From assembly GCA_965248925.1 (NCBI GenBank), contig CBDFLE010000006.1:2496001-2560000 (forward strand): a DNA stretch of 64,000 nucleotides, written 5' to 3'. The notes under the pieces are model-generated. The model did not search any database. It had not been told where the DNA came from and saw only the letters and a list, made by a program, of their open reading frames with translations. Below, one piece after another: positions 26,706 through 37,490 of this stretch. The first letter of the stretch is position 1; the number at the start of each line of letters is the position of its first letter. The position numbers and the translations under genes are program-made. Origin of the DNA: Candidatus Multivoradales bacterium (GTDB taxonomy: Bacteria > Acidobacteriota > Thermoanaerobaculia > Multivoradales > J023).

Positions 26706-29498
26706 TTAGTTGATGATGAACAACGAGTCCTGCAGCGAGAACGGCGGGGACATCTGCGCCCCGTCGACCGCCCGAACATTCGGATCGGCCACTCCCGTGC
26801 TGGTGAAGGTGTGGGTGACCGGTACGGTCACCAGGAACGTCGAGTCGAAGTTACCGTTGGGCTCCCAGTCAAACTCGAGGGTGTCAGGTGTACCAGTGAA
26901 GGTAACATCGAAGGTAATCGACGAACCGACGGTGCAGAAACAACCGAATTGATCACAGGGCGAGCAAGTCGGCGAAGCCGCCACGTTGACCATGAAGCCG
27001 GTGATCACCGGTGGATCCGGCGCCGTGATGTTATCCACCGCCACCGTGACCGCCGCGGTCAGCGGAGTGGTCTGACCCTCGACACAGTTGCGAATCGCCA
27101 GCGTCACCCCATAGTTGCCCGCTACATTCGGCGAGGTCCAGGTGAACGAAGTGTCAGCGTCGTCTACTCCCCAATCATAGATCTGACAGGTGGTGTAGAA
27201 CATGCACCCCGAGGTGCTGCCATTGGCCGGGTCTTCGAATTCCCAGCGCCATTCGGTGGCACTCTCGGTGTTGGCCGCGAAGTTGTACTGAGCGTTACCC
27301 TGATCGGTGAAAGTCAGCGCCGGCACGCCAAAGCCAAGGGCGCCGAGGGCGGTCAGCGTCAGCTCCAGAGTGTCGATATCGGACTCAGCATTTGGGTTGG
27401 TCGCTTGCAGCGAAACGGTGAACACTTCACTCGCAGGCACCCCGCGAGTCAGCAGTCCAGAACTCCAAGCGTTGGTGTTTCCAGATTCGAAACCATCGCT
27501 AAAGATCTGTTCCGGCAGGTCGACATCGATACCCGTGGTGTCCCAAACGATCGGAAAACTGGTACCGCTGGCCACCGTGGTCTTGGTCGAATCCTCGATG
27601 TTCCAGCTATAGGAGAAGGGAGTCTTGCCGTCGACTACCGCGTCGACCGTGATCTCGGTACATACCGGGTAAGTCCCCGGTGGGGATCCCACCGGCGATA
27701 CCGAGAAGGAGCGGATATGAGGCCGCCGGTCCTGGACCAGGATATTGGCTCGATCCTGGATCAACGCCCCATTGCCGGTGCATACGCTGTCGTCGTTCAG
27801 CGCCCAGACTTCGATGGTTTTGTCCGGGCAATCCGCGGCTGCGCACTCGGCCCAAGTGATGGCGTTGGTGGCGGCACCCGGTCCGAGGCCGCCGGTCACC
27901 ACAGTATCGCTGGCGCTCCACTGCCAACCGGCTTGGGCAGTTGAGCAATTGGTGGCGGTGGCGGTGAAAGTGATCGGCTCTTTGAACCACTGCGGGCTCG
28001 GAGTCACCACGTTGGTGGTGTACTTCGGCGCACTGACATTGCCCGCCAGCTGGTGGATATCGAAGATGCCCCGCGCCGCGCGGTAGAAGTAGTTGCCGCT
28101 GAAACGTCCCTGGTTGGGCACGGCGTTGCGCAAGCCGAAATCGTTGAGTTGGTAGTAATCGCCCCAATAGTCCACTTGCAGGCTGTTGCAAGTATCCGTG
28201 TAGTGGGCACCCCCATCGGTTACTTCGGAGATCACATTAGTGCCGCCGAGGTTCGACAGGTCCCAAAGGAATTCCTTTTGGGTGCCGGAGAACAAATCCG
28301 AGAATAGGCTGTAGTAGAGATATGGGGTGGTGCCGGCCATCGAGAAGGTCAGCAACTGGGCCTCCCCCGGCTGGCTGCTCACCGGCAGACTAACCGTAGG
28401 CGCGCCAAGAGAGGTGCAACCATTGGCATCGAGGCAGCTATCGACATCGTAGATCTCGACAATGTAGTTCTCTACCAGCGCCAGGTAGGTGCTGCCGTTC
28501 CAGTCGAAGAACTCAAGGCCGCGGATGTCGCGAATATCCGGGTTCAAGCCACCGCCGGAGTAACGCAGGTCGGCGAATTGAGGAAAGGCCGGATCGGCTA
28601 CTTCAAAGATGTCGAGTTTGAGCGGCCGCGAGGACACCCGGCTACCGTCTGAAACCGCCACCCACAGCTTGCCGCCTTTTTCCGTCACTGCCACGTAGCG
28701 GGTAACCCGCTCCAAATCGCCCAATAAGCCGCGATAGACGTTGCTGCACTGCCGGCCGGCCAGTGCCGCATTGTCGAAGCAAGGTGCCAGCGTTCGCGCT
28801 CGGGTCAGGTCGTAGACCGCCAGGCCTCCGTCGCTGGTATCACTGGCGGCAAAAGCCCAAACCGTGCCGTTGAGTTCGGCCATCCTGATCATCCGCGTCT
28901 TGATGCTGTCATCCTGGTAGGCCTGAGTAAGGCTGTCGACACCAGGGCGGTTGATCCACAGAGCAACGCCCGCTGGCAAATCGCCGGCGGTCGCGATCAT
29001 GTCGTCCTGGACCGCATTAGGATCCTCCATCGCATCCACCGAGTAGGTCCAGGTATCGACTTCGCCGAAATGGCCCCACGCGTGCCAGTGGCCAGCGAGG
29101 GCGTCAGCAACATCCTCGCGCACGGGCATTTCTTCTTTGCCAGGGCCGATATCCCAGACCTGCAAGCCGGCGCCGTAGAGCATGTAGAGCCGGTCGTCAA
29201 CGATGTCCAAAGACTGGAACAGTTCGTGGCCAAAGGCGAAGGTAGGGAAGGTACCGAACGAGGTGTAGCTGGTGCTGTCTCGATCGGCAGGCAGTTGCTG
29301 GCTCGGCTTCACCGGCGAGAAGTTGTTCGGCCAAACCCGTACTCCCTCGCGAAATTCCTCCACCGGTAAAGCTGGTGAGCCGGCGCCACAGAGCCCTCCT
29401 GCCTCGGCCGCCGGAGAGGAAACTAGAATTCCCAGCGCCGTGCCAGCCAGGAACAGATACCTCGACACTAGGAAACTGATTCCTCGAACACCGCGCAT
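26706..29498 (-). CDS. Large secreted protein with PKD/Ig-like domains and internal IFSDGFESGN motif
   Basis: Signal peptide from MRGVRG, Cys pairs, PKD-like 'W.W.F.D' segments. Confidence 0.75.
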   Translation of the reverse strand: MRGVRGISFLVSRYLFLAGTALGILVSSPAAEAGGLCGAGSPALPVEEFREGVRVWPNNFSPVKPSQQLPADRDSTSYTSFGTFPTFAFGHELFQSLDIVDDRLYMLYGAGLQVWDIGPGKEEMPVREDVADALAGHWHAWGHFGEVDTWTYSVDAMEDPNAVQDDMIATAGDLPAGVALWINRPGVDSLTQAYQDDSIKTRMIRMAELNGTVWAFAASDTSDGGLAVYDLTRARTLAPCFDNAALAGRQCSNVYRGLLGDLERVTRYVAVTEKGGKLWVAVSDGSRVSSRPLKLDIFEVADPAFPQFADLRYSGGGLNPDIRDIRGLEFFDWNGSTYLALVENYIVEIYDVDSCLDANGCTSLGAPTVSLPVSSQPGEAQLLTFSMAGTTPYLYYSLFSDLFSGTQKEFLWDLSNLGGTNVISEVTDGGAHYTDTCNSLQVDYWGDYYQLNDFGLRNAVPNQGRFSGNYFYRAARGIFDIHQLAGNVSAPKYTTNVVTPSPQWFKEPITFTATATNCSTAQAGWQWSASDTVVTGGLGPGAATNAITWAECAAADCPDKTIEVWALNDDSVCTGNGALIQDRANILVQDRRPHIRSFSVSPVGSPPGTYPVCTEITVDAVVDGKTPFSYSWNIEDSTKTTVASGTSFPIVWDTTGIDVDLPEQIFSDGFESGNTNAWSSGLLTRGVPASEVFTVSLQATNPNAESDIDTLELTLTALGALGFGVPALTFTDQGNAQYNFAANTESATEWRWEFEDPANGSTSGCMFYTTCQIYDWGVDDADTSFTWTSPNVAGNYGVTLAIRNCVEGQTTPLTAAVTVAVDNITAPDPPVITGFMVNVAASPTCSPCDQFGCFCTVGSSITFDVTFTGTPDTLEFDWEPNGNFDSTFLVTVPVTHTFTSTGVADPNVRAVDGAQMSPPFSLQDSLFIIN

Positions 29499-29722
29499 TG
29501 CTTCCTCTCCTTCGACCCCGAGTCCAGCAGCGCTCTGAGTTGCACACTCAGCGGACTCATACTCTGGTGAGTGGACTCGTTCGCCACCCGGATGTGATGG
29601 TTGTGCAGTGGCCCTGGTCCCTTCCGGAGCACGGCCTATCTGAACCGAGCTATGGTGACACAGCATGAGAAAAAGATCAAGCTCAGAGCCTGTCCACTCC
29701 GTGCTGGTTGCCTGCAAATAGC

Positions 29723-29756
29723 AAAAGGGCCCGACTGCGAACAGTCGAGCCCTTTT
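29723..29756 (-). terminator. Strong intrinsic terminator of the S-layer-like gene
   Basis: Minus AAAAGGGCTCGACTG-ttcg-CAGTCGGGCCCTTTT. Confidence 0.85.
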
Positions 29757-29793
29757 CCATGTCAGACCAGCTTACGCCGACCTGGCAGATTCC

Positions 29794-31140
29794 CTAGTTT
29801 GCGCTGGGAATCACGCCAGTATCGGTGATCAACGGGTTGACATCGTCGCAGGCCGAGGTCAGCGGCAACGCCGAGTAGCCGACCTGGAACAGGCCAAGGG
29901 CACTGATCGTGGTCGTCACATGGCTCTGAGCCAACGAACCGTCGGAACCGAAGTCGACGTCGAAGGCGACGCCAATGTCGTCGATGTTCAAGTTCAAGAA
30001 CATCCAACCCGACTCATACGGAAGGGCCAGGTTGCCGTCGCCTACCGTCGCCCGCTGGGTCTCCAGCGGGAAGCACGGCGGATCCACGTCCGGGTCCGGA
30101 GGCGAAATCACGCCGCCACCCAGGTTGAAGCAGATCTCCACTGCGTTCTCCTGCTCGTCGAACGCCACAACCTCGGTCTCGTTCAGCGGGTTCCACGACG
30201 GGCCAGCACCAGGGCCAGAGCCACAGGCGTAGAACTGCTGGGTGTCAGAGGTCGTCGAGTCACGCCACACCAAGAGGTCGGTACCACCGGTGAAACCAGC
30301 GTTCTCGATGTAACGAGTCGCCCAGGTGGTGGCCAACGGCTCGCGGTTATCCGAGCCGGTCAGGCCTGGATCGTAGCGACCGTAGAAGGTGTAACCGGTA
30401 GGCGTCGAGGCGGCGTTGAACTGCGGATCGGCCTCAATCGCCACCAACGGCTCACCGAAGGAGAAGGCGTTGACCTGGTCGACAATGTAGTAATCGCCCC
30501 ACAGCTCGTTGATGTCGTTGGCAATGCCGACGCCGCCGTCTACGAAGTAGCCGGTCTCGTTCGGGAACACCGTCGAACACTGGTTGACGTTGTCGATCGT
30601 GATGTAACCACGAGCGATGGCGTCACTGTGATCCTCGCCCATGCAGCCCAGACCCAGCACGTCCTGGCCGGTGTGGCCATTCTGCAAACGGGTCAGGTTG
30701 GCCGAGGAAACCACCGGGTTGTTGAACGGGAATACGCCCAAGCAACCAGGGAAGCTACCGTCCCACTGCGGGTTCAAGCCGTGCGGGCTGATCAAGTCGG
30801 CGCCGTCGTTCTGGGCATCGGCCGTGACCGGCAGGTTGCCCTGGAAGACGTCGAACAAGTTAACCGGCACGATGTCGTAGCCAGTGAGGAAAACGTCGAA
30901 GTCGATCGTCGGCTGGGTCCAATCGGTCCACAGCGTGACGTGAGCCAGCGCCGGAGCGGCTGACGCGTTGTTGATCGTGAACAGCGTGGTGGTACCCGCC
31001 GCGTTTGTGTAGTCCACCTCGAAATAGGGCAACAGCAAGGTCGCCGCCGGCACGTTGTCGATCGTGCACAGATCAGCGAAGGCCTGGCCGCCTAAAGCGA
31101 GGAGACTAGCCACTAGAAGGACTAGAACTATCTTTTTCAT
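29794..31140 (-). CDS. Secreted S-layer-like protein, paralog 1
   Basis: Signal peptide MKKIVL..AFA, 'CTIDNVPAATLLLPYFEVD', long structured leader, own terminator. Confidence 0.72.
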   Translation of the reverse strand: MKKIVLVLLVASLLALGGQAFADLCTIDNVPAATLLLPYFEVDYTNAAGTTTLFTINNASAAPALAHVTLWTDWTQPTIDFDVFLTGYDIVPVNLFDVFQGNLPVTADAQNDGADLISPHGLNPQWDGSFPGCLGVFPFNNPVVSSANLTRLQNGHTGQDVLGLGCMGEDHSDAIARGYITIDNVNQCSTVFPNETGYFVDGGVGIANDINELWGDYYIVDQVNAFSFGEPLVAIEADPQFNAASTPTGYTFYGRYDPGLTGSDNREPLATTWATRYIENAGFTGGTDLLVWRDSTTSDTQQFYACGSGPGAGPSWNPLNETEVVAFDEQENAVEICFNLGGGVISPPDPDVDPPCFPLETQRATVGDGNLALPYESGWMFLNLNIDDIGVAFDVDFGSDGSLAQSHVTTTISALGLFQVGYSALPLTSACDDVNPLITDTGVIPSAN

Positions 31141-31649
31141 ACCTGATCAATCTCCCCAGGTTGAAAACTATCTCCGAAGGTTTGGGTGGAGCGTCGAGCC
31201 ACGGGCTCGGGCTCCTCTCGGTAGAGCCTATCGGGCTCACCGCCTAGAACTAGGGTGCGGGCACTCACCTCCTGTTTAAAGACTTCAAACTCTAAATTAG
31301 CTCGATTGGAGCTGTAAAAGCTCTGCGAAACAGGGCCGAAGACTGACGGGTAGGCCATGTTCTTGCTGCCTCGGCCAACCAGAATCAGCCCAAACACCCT
31401 CCCAGGGTCCGCAAACGGACGGGCTGGGCGACTATCTGAGCAAGAGGTTGGAGCCGCGAGGTTCTTCCGAACGTAAGTTACGGCCAGCACAGGGTGGATG
31501 TCAACCCCAAAAACCAAGGGTTTGGGCCTGGCAGGAGGTTTGCTCCGCAAAACCGGGGGAGGAAACTGGGGAGGAGGGCTCTCGGCCGGAGGGAGCCCCG
31601 CAGGCCCTCCAGTCCGCCGGCCGGGAGCTGCCGGCCGGGAGCTAGCGGG

Positions 31650-33335
31650 TCAAGGTGCGTCGGCAGCGACGCTGCGCCACACCCGCAACGATCCCTGCTG
31701 CGGACAACCCGGCTGGTACAAGGCTCCCATTCCAGGCAGACCAGTTGGCTCGCCGGCGAATCCAGCTATCAGCTCGTCGGTACCGTCGCCGTCTAGATCG
31801 GTCAGCCGGGCCAGCCAGCCGGTACAGCCAATGGCCGGCTGGGGGAATTCTGGCGAGACTTCGAGTTGAAAGCCGCCACCCCCGTCGCCGAGGAAGATCA
31901 TCACTTCACCTTCGCCGTTGAGGGCCACCAGATCCTGCTTGGCGTCACCGTCAAAATCGCCGGTGGCAAACGAGGAGAATTCGTTACGGCCCAGGTGCGA
32001 GGCCAAGGCAGTCCGCTGCCAACCCTCACCGTCTTCGTCAACGCGGTAGATATCGATGCCGCTACGCCAGATCTTCAACTCCCGACTGACGTAGCCGAGG
32101 ACCAACTCGCTGCGACCATCGCCATCGAAATCACCGGCGGCTACCGCCGAGATGAAGGCCCTGGGACGAATCGGGCTGAGCTCTTGGGCGCGCAACTCCC
32201 CTTGACCATCGCTGAGATTGAGGATCGCACGATTGCTCATGCGCCGCGAGGCGGTCACCAAATCAGGATGCTGATCCCCATTGAAGTCGGCCATGGCGAA
32301 GCCGTCGCCAAAATCGAACCGCGCCAGCTCATCCTCAGCTGTTGGCCGGGTAGCCTCCCAGGTTCCATCGCCAAGGTTCTGGTAGACCAGATAGCCACGG
32401 GAGCTGCTGATCAATCCGCCGGCTTTTTGATTGGTGAATTTGCGGCCCTTCGGCCCTTCTCCCAAGGCTAAAATATCCGCTTGGCCATCGCCATTCCAGT
32501 CGACCACCTCTACCGCCCGAGAGGAGAACGAAGTGGCGTCGCCACCGGCCCCAGGGTGGTCGACTTCGATACCGGTCGTCCAAGCCTCGAAAACACCGGG
32601 CGTCTTCTGAATCAGCGCCACCACCCCACGCAGGTGGATGCCGAACACCAGGTCCAAGAGGCCGTCGCCGTTGAGGTCGCCAGCCGCCGCATCACCATAG
32701 TCATAGGGCAAAGGCGGGTAGACCACATCCCGCCAACCGGTCCAGTTCCCCTCACCGTCGCCAAGAAAGATATTGGGCAACGGGCGGCTCTTGCGCGCCG
32801 GCCCGAAGACGATGTCGAGATGCCCATCGCCATTCATGTCGGCGATGTCGAAGCCATTTCGCCACTGCCCGCGACGTGGCAACCCGGCGTCAAACTCCTC
32901 GAGATTTAGCCGGTCGATCTTCTTGAGATCGCTCTCGTAGGTCTTGGCCGCCGCCGCCAGTTCCTCTTCGCTGGGCCCTTGCACGACCTTCTTGACCCGC
33001 TTCGGTGGGGGTTGGTAGTACTCCTTGACCCAGAAGTTCTTGGCATCGTGGCGAACTACTTCAAAGAAAGCCCCACCGGGCATCCGCACCCTCTTTTCAT
33101 CCAGCCAGCGGTAGGCCCCTTCTATTTTGGGAATCGCTGAGATCCGGTATTTGAGACCGCGCTCTTCGTCGAGTATCCACTCATCGCTGGCGGTCGGATC
33201 CGCGACGGCCGGCGCGGCCGCGGGTGGCGGTGTTGATTGGCCCAGGACGGCGCCGCCGAAGAGCAGGGCCGGCATCACGAGAGCCGGTACCAGTAGGCGC
33301 CAGCTAGGAAGAGGGCAAGATTTGAACATCATCAA
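31650..33335 (-). CDS. Secreted FG-GAP/VCBS repeat protein
   Basis: Repeated 'DxNGDGxxD' motifs, signal peptide. Confidence 0.9.
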   Translation of the reverse strand: MMMFKSCPLPSWRLLVPALVMPALLFGGAVLGQSTPPPAAAPAVADPTASDEWILDEERGLKYRISAIPKIEGAYRWLDEKRVRMPGGAFFEVVRHDAKNFWVKEYYQPPPKRVKKVVQGPSEEELAAAAKTYESDLKKIDRLNLEEFDAGLPRRGQWRNGFDIADMNGDGHLDIVFGPARKSRPLPNIFLGDGEGNWTGWRDVVYPPLPYDYGDAAAGDLNGDGLLDLVFGIHLRGVVALIQKTPGVFEAWTTGIEVDHPGAGGDATSFSSRAVEVVDWNGDGQADILALGEGPKGRKFTNQKAGGLISSSRGYLVYQNLGDGTWEATRPTAEDELARFDFGDGFAMADFNGDQHPDLVTASRRMSNRAILNLSDGQGELRAQELSPIRPRAFISAVAAGDFDGDGRSELVLGYVSRELKIWRSGIDIYRVDEDGEGWQRTALASHLGRNEFSSFATGDFDGDAKQDLVALNGEGEVMIFLGDGGGGFQLEVSPEFPQPAIGCTGWLARLTDLDGDGTDELIAGFAGEPTGLPGMGALYQPGCPQQGSLRVWRSVAADAP

Positions 33336-33447
33336 TTACTCCTTGGGAAAGGACCCGTTGTCAGCTCGACATTGTGCCCGACCTGGCATCCCAGCGGCTA
33401 TAAGACTTTTGTAAGAATGAGAGCAGCCCCCCACGGGGCATGGCAGC

Positions 33448-34218
33448 CTAGACATGGTCGACAAAGCCGTCCGCGAGACGGCGAAACACCCAGCCGCCGA
33501 GCAGCAACAGCAAAGCCGCCGTCAAGGCAAGACGCAGGATCGGCGCGAAGCCGGCAAAACCACCTCCCAACAACGCCTGGCGATAGAGCTCGACCACGGT
33601 GGTCAGCGGATTCCAGGCGAGCCAAGGGCGAAGAGAGGGCGGTACCAGGTTCATCGAGTAAACGATCGGGGTCACATAAAACCAGCCCATCATCAACAGG
33701 TTGACCAACTGAGCGACATCCCGGAAGAGGGTGTGCAGACTGCACACCAACAAGCCAAGGCCCAAAGTCAGCGCGATTTGCAGCGGCAGGACCAGCAGCA
33801 ACACCGGCAAGCTGAGCAGCGACAGCTTGCCCAGCAGCGCCAGGATGACGATGAAGACGGCACCGGCAATAGCCTCCTGTACCAACCCTCCCAAGACGGT
33901 CGCCAAGACCAGTACTTCCGCCCGAAAGCTCGAACTGCGTACCATGTTGGAGTTGTCGGTGACTGCCGTAGCCGACCGCGAGACTCCCTCTTGAACCGCC
34001 ATCCAGGGCAGCAGGCCGGCAAAAAGGAAGATGCCAAAGCTGTCGGTGCGCTCCCCGACCAAGGAGATCTTCATCACCACTGAGAAAACGAAGGTGAACA
34101 GCGCCAGCTGGAACAGTGGCTGCACGAATGGCCACAAGACACCCAGCAGAGAGCCGGCGAAACGGCTCTGGAAGTCTCTCTTGACGAGTTCTTTGAGGAA
34201 GAAGATCTGACCTTGCAT
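33448..34218 (-). CDS. wzm: Polysaccharide ABC transporter permease
   Basis: 'LVKRDFQSRFAGSLLG.LW', 'WFYVTPIVY', 'NPL....E.YR'. Confidence 0.93.
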   Translation of the reverse strand: MQGQIFFLKELVKRDFQSRFAGSLLGVLWPFVQPLFQLALFTFVFSVVMKISLVGERTDSFGIFLFAGLLPWMAVQEGVSRSATAVTDNSNMVRSSSFRAEVLVLATVLGGLVQEAIAGAVFIVILALLGKLSLLSLPVLLLVLPLQIALTLGLGLLVCSLHTLFRDVAQLVNLLMMGWFYVTPIVYSMNLVPPSLRPWLAWNPLTTVVELYRQALLGGGFAGFAPILRLALTAALLLLLGGWVFRRLADGFVDHV

Positions 34219-34411
34219 ACCGCGGCTGGCTCCTAGTTTGACTGACGAGAGGTTACTGCGAAACGCGACAACACGTTAGCTGGCTAGAAGCTTTCTAGCT
34301 ACAGCCAAACAAGTCTTGACCGATTAGGCTTTCATCACATATTATCGCGTGGCAATTTCATTCGCCATGGAGATGCTGTAAGATCGAGCGTTCTAACGCG
34401 AGCGATTCAAG

Positions 34412-35350
34412 ATGTTGACCCTGACACCCACATCCCTTTTCGAACCCGCCGGTTCGACCACCCACCAGCCGAGCAGCACCAAGCTGCTAGCCCGCGGCCG
34501 CAGAGCGGTTGAAGCGGGCCGTCTACACGACGCGCTAGCGCTCAATGAGAAGGCGCTTGCGGCAGCTCGCCGGGAAGGCGATCAAGATCAAATCGAACTC
34601 GCTATCTGCAACCGCAGCTCGGTAGCGATAGCGGTCGGGCGCCATTCCGAAGTACTCGCCGACCTGCGGCCAGTGCTGCTGGCCAATCGGCGACCGGAGG
34701 CGTGTTTTCTCGCCGCAGACTCCCTATCTTGGGCGCACGAACTCAGCAAAGATTTCAAGAAGGGCCTATTCTACGCCCGCTCTGCCTTCAACTATGCTCG
34801 CCGAGCCGAGAACCAGGAGTGGTTGGCTTCGAGCCACAACCAGATCGGCAACTGCCTGGTGGGCGACAGTCGATTCGAGGAAGCTGCCAGCGAGTATCAC
34901 CATGCGTTGGCGATCCTCGCCGACGAGCCCTCGGTAGTCCGCGCTGGCGTGATCGTGAATCTCGGCTACTGCAACATGATGCAGGGTGATCTAGCCAACG
35001 GCTTTCGCCTGGCATTCAAGGGCTTGCGTTGGTATCGGCGCTTGGGTGCCAAGACCTACGAAGCATGGCCACACCAGGATCTCTGCTATGCCTACTTGGA
35101 GGCGGAGCGTCCGCTGCGTGCTCGCCAGCATGGCCTGCGAGCCCTGGAGCTGGCCACCGAAACCGGCGACCGCTCGGCGTTGCGCAACGCGCTGTTTCTG
35201 CTCGGTGAAACCGAAAAAGCAGCTGGCGACCCCGCTGCCGCTCGCTCCTTTTTTGAACGCCTGCAGCAGGAGTTCTACCCCGAGTCCCCGCAGCTACTCA
35301 GCGTCCTGTCGGCGGTGAGCATGCGTCAAGTGGTCAATCTGAGGGCCTGA
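34412..35350 (+). CDS. Tetratricopeptide-repeat protein
   Basis: Repeated TPR helices ('SHNQIGNC..', 'VNLGYC', 'ALFLLGE'). Confidence 0.8.
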   Translation: MLTLTPTSLFEPAGSTTHQPSSTKLLARGRRAVEAGRLHDALALNEKALAAARREGDQDQIELAICNRSSVAIAVGRHSEVLADLRPVLLANRRPEACFLAADSLSWAHELSKDFKKGLFYARSAFNYARRAENQEWLASSHNQIGNCLVGDSRFEEAASEYHHALAILADEPSVVRAGVIVNLGYCNMMQGDLANGFRLAFKGLRWYRRLGAKTYEAWPHQDLCYAYLEAERPLRARQHGLRALELATETGDRSALRNALFLLGETEKAAGDPAAARSFFERLQQEFYPESPQLLSVLSAVSMRQVVNLRA

Positions 35351-36708
35351 TGCCAATGCCCACTGCACGCACAAGCCTGATTCTGCTCGTCGCCATACTG
35401 GCGGCTACCTGCGCGGCAATGGCGGCCGACAACGAGGTCGCTCAGCTGGCGGTCGATGGTCGGGTTTTCGCCATTCAAAAGGGCACTTACGGCGACCTCT
35501 TCCCAGCTGACGACGAGCTGCCGGGCAATTACGAGGTGTTGGCCCTAGATATCGTCGACCCCGAGCTGGGCACTCAGCGGAGTCTGGTTCCGGGAACCGA
35601 GAACCGCTTTGGCGAAGTCTCCGAGAGTGTGGTCTATGAGACTCGGTCGCAGACTCTTTACGTCCTCTGGGAAGGCTTTCACAACTTCATCCACCCGCGG
35701 ATCTACCTCACCAGCTTCGATGGCGAGGGCTGGGGCGAACTGCTCGAGATCGGCCCGAGCCCCTTCGGTCGCAAGAGTTCACCCCAACTGGTGGTAACCC
35801 AGGATGCCTTCGATGCCGAAGATTCCAGCCTTGCGTGGACCGAACGCACTATCCTTCATCTCACCTGGTGGGAAGATAGCAGCAACGGCAGCACCAAGAT
35901 CTACACACCTCTGGTTTTCGAGGACGGCGTCTACGTGGGTCCCGAGTCGATCGTCGATTTGCCACGCTTGCTTGAAGAAGTAGCCGCTGAAGAGCCGGCC
36001 TATCCGCTGGTCTCGCCCGGCATTGCCGACGCCCTCAGAATACAGCCGGGCCGCAATCACCAAGCAACAGTCATCGGCTTCCTGGAGCCTGGCTCTGGTG
36101 ATCTGGTGGTGCTCGATTTTGAAGTTCTGCCCGCCGCCCTGATCGATCTCGCCGAGAAGGCTCGGCTGCACATCATCAATCTCGGCGCGAAGGACTCCCT
36201 GAGCGAACTAGCCCAGGCAGCCGCCGACATCCTGCACCAGCTGGACACCGACTTCCACGAGATCACCTTGGCTTGGTTCGCCGAACAAGTACGATCGATG
36301 ATCGAGGCCTCCGACGACGATTTGTCGCCAGAGGGTATTGGGCGCATCGCCAGCAAGGCACGCCTGCACATCATCAATCTAGGCGCCAAGATGGGAAATC
36401 ATGGCTTGGCCGACGCCCAGGTCTGGGCGGTGTTGGAAGTCCCCAGCTCGGTCCCTGATGCCCTCGGGCACTTCGTCAAGGTCACGGTAGCCTCGCGCCG
36501 GGCAGCACCAGAGACTGGCGACAACGCTACCCTCTTCCTCTCCGAAACCGGGCAGGATGTGATCGTTGGCTGGCAAGACAGCAACCGGGTCTACTACGTG
36601 GTCAGCGGGGCCGAGGGTTGGTCGGGAACCAAATTCCTGACCCTCGGCGGTCAACTGAGCCAAGAGCAAGCATTCGCGCTGCTTGAGAGCCGCGTGCGCA
36701 GCCGCTGA
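35350..36708 (+). CDS. Secreted hypothetical protein with duplicated KARLHIINLGAK motif
   Basis: Signal peptide, TGATG coupling to the TPR gene. Confidence 0.7.
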   Translation: MPMPTARTSLILLVAILAATCAAMAADNEVAQLAVDGRVFAIQKGTYGDLFPADDELPGNYEVLALDIVDPELGTQRSLVPGTENRFGEVSESVVYETRSQTLYVLWEGFHNFIHPRIYLTSFDGEGWGELLEIGPSPFGRKSSPQLVVTQDAFDAEDSSLAWTERTILHLTWWEDSSNGSTKIYTPLVFEDGVYVGPESIVDLPRLLEEVAAEEPAYPLVSPGIADALRIQPGRNHQATVIGFLEPGSGDLVVLDFEVLPAALIDLAEKARLHIINLGAKDSLSELAQAAADILHQLDTDFHEITLAWFAEQVRSMIEASDDDLSPEGIGRIASKARLHIINLGAKMGNHGLADAQVWAVLEVPSSVPDALGHFVKVTVASRRAAPETGDNATLFLSETGQDVIVGWQDSNRVYYVVSGAEGWSGTKFLTLGGQLSQEQAFALLESRVRSR

Positions 36709-36842
36709 GCCGGTGCGACACGGTCCCGTCCTTACAACCGTCTATCTGAGATTTCCCTTGCGCCTTGACGTGGGGCGGATGCTCCAGTAGCATTGACTCT
36801 TGCGGGGAGTATTTCCACCCTTCCCCGAGGAGGCGCTCCGAG

Positions 36843-37247
36843 ATGGCTTTCGTCCACAAGATTCGTCAGATACAGCTCGTCGGTCCGAAGATTCGTCAGC
36901 TACGCAAGGAGCGCAAGCTGACTCAGACCGATCTAGCTTCCCGTATTGGCATCCAACAGTCAGATTTGTCCCGTATGGAGAAGGGCGAATACCGGATCAG
37001 CCTGGATACGCTCTTCAACATCCTCGCCGAGTTCAACGTTGGCATCGGTGAGTTCTTTGATGACTATGCCCGCGAAGCGTTGACGCCGCGCGATATGCAG
37101 CTAGTTCGCGGGGTCAAGCAGCTACCAGCCAACATGCGCCGAGAAGTTGAGGAGTTCGTCACTGCCAAGCGCAGCAGCGCTGGAGAAGGTGAGGACTCCA
37201 GGCCGGAAAAGAGCGAGAAGGGCCAACGCTCCTCGCAATCTGGCTAA
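36843..37247 (+). CDS. XRE-family HTH regulator
   Basis: 'IRQLRKERKLTQTDLASRIGIQQSDLSRMEKG'. Confidence 0.9.
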   Translation: MAFVHKIRQIQLVGPKIRQLRKERKLTQTDLASRIGIQQSDLSRMEKGEYRISLDTLFNILAEFNVGIGEFFDDYAREALTPRDMQLVRGVKQLPANMRREVEEFVTAKRSSAGEGEDSRPEKSEKGQRSSQSG

Positions 37248-37490
37248 GGTAGAAAGCAGGACAGACCCACCTGGGCACCCGCCGGAGACTCGCCACCAGG
37301 CGGTTGCCGGTTCTTGCGTTCTAGGCGCAGAGAGACGAAGACGGTCGCTTCGCCCGCGGAATGGTGGCCTCAAGGGATTGTGTAGGGGCGGGCATGGGAT
37401 GCGCCCGGTCTCGCTGCCCAGGCCTGCGGGCGCACGCCGTGCGCCCCTACGAAAAACTTTTTCCAGTAGCTTGTGGAATTTCCGAGGCGC

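Noticed and set aside
31580-31650. GC-rich hairpin and duplicated GCCGGCCGGGAGCT after the FG-GAP gene
   Set aside because: Single local occurrence, consistent with an ordinary terminator or REP-like sequence.
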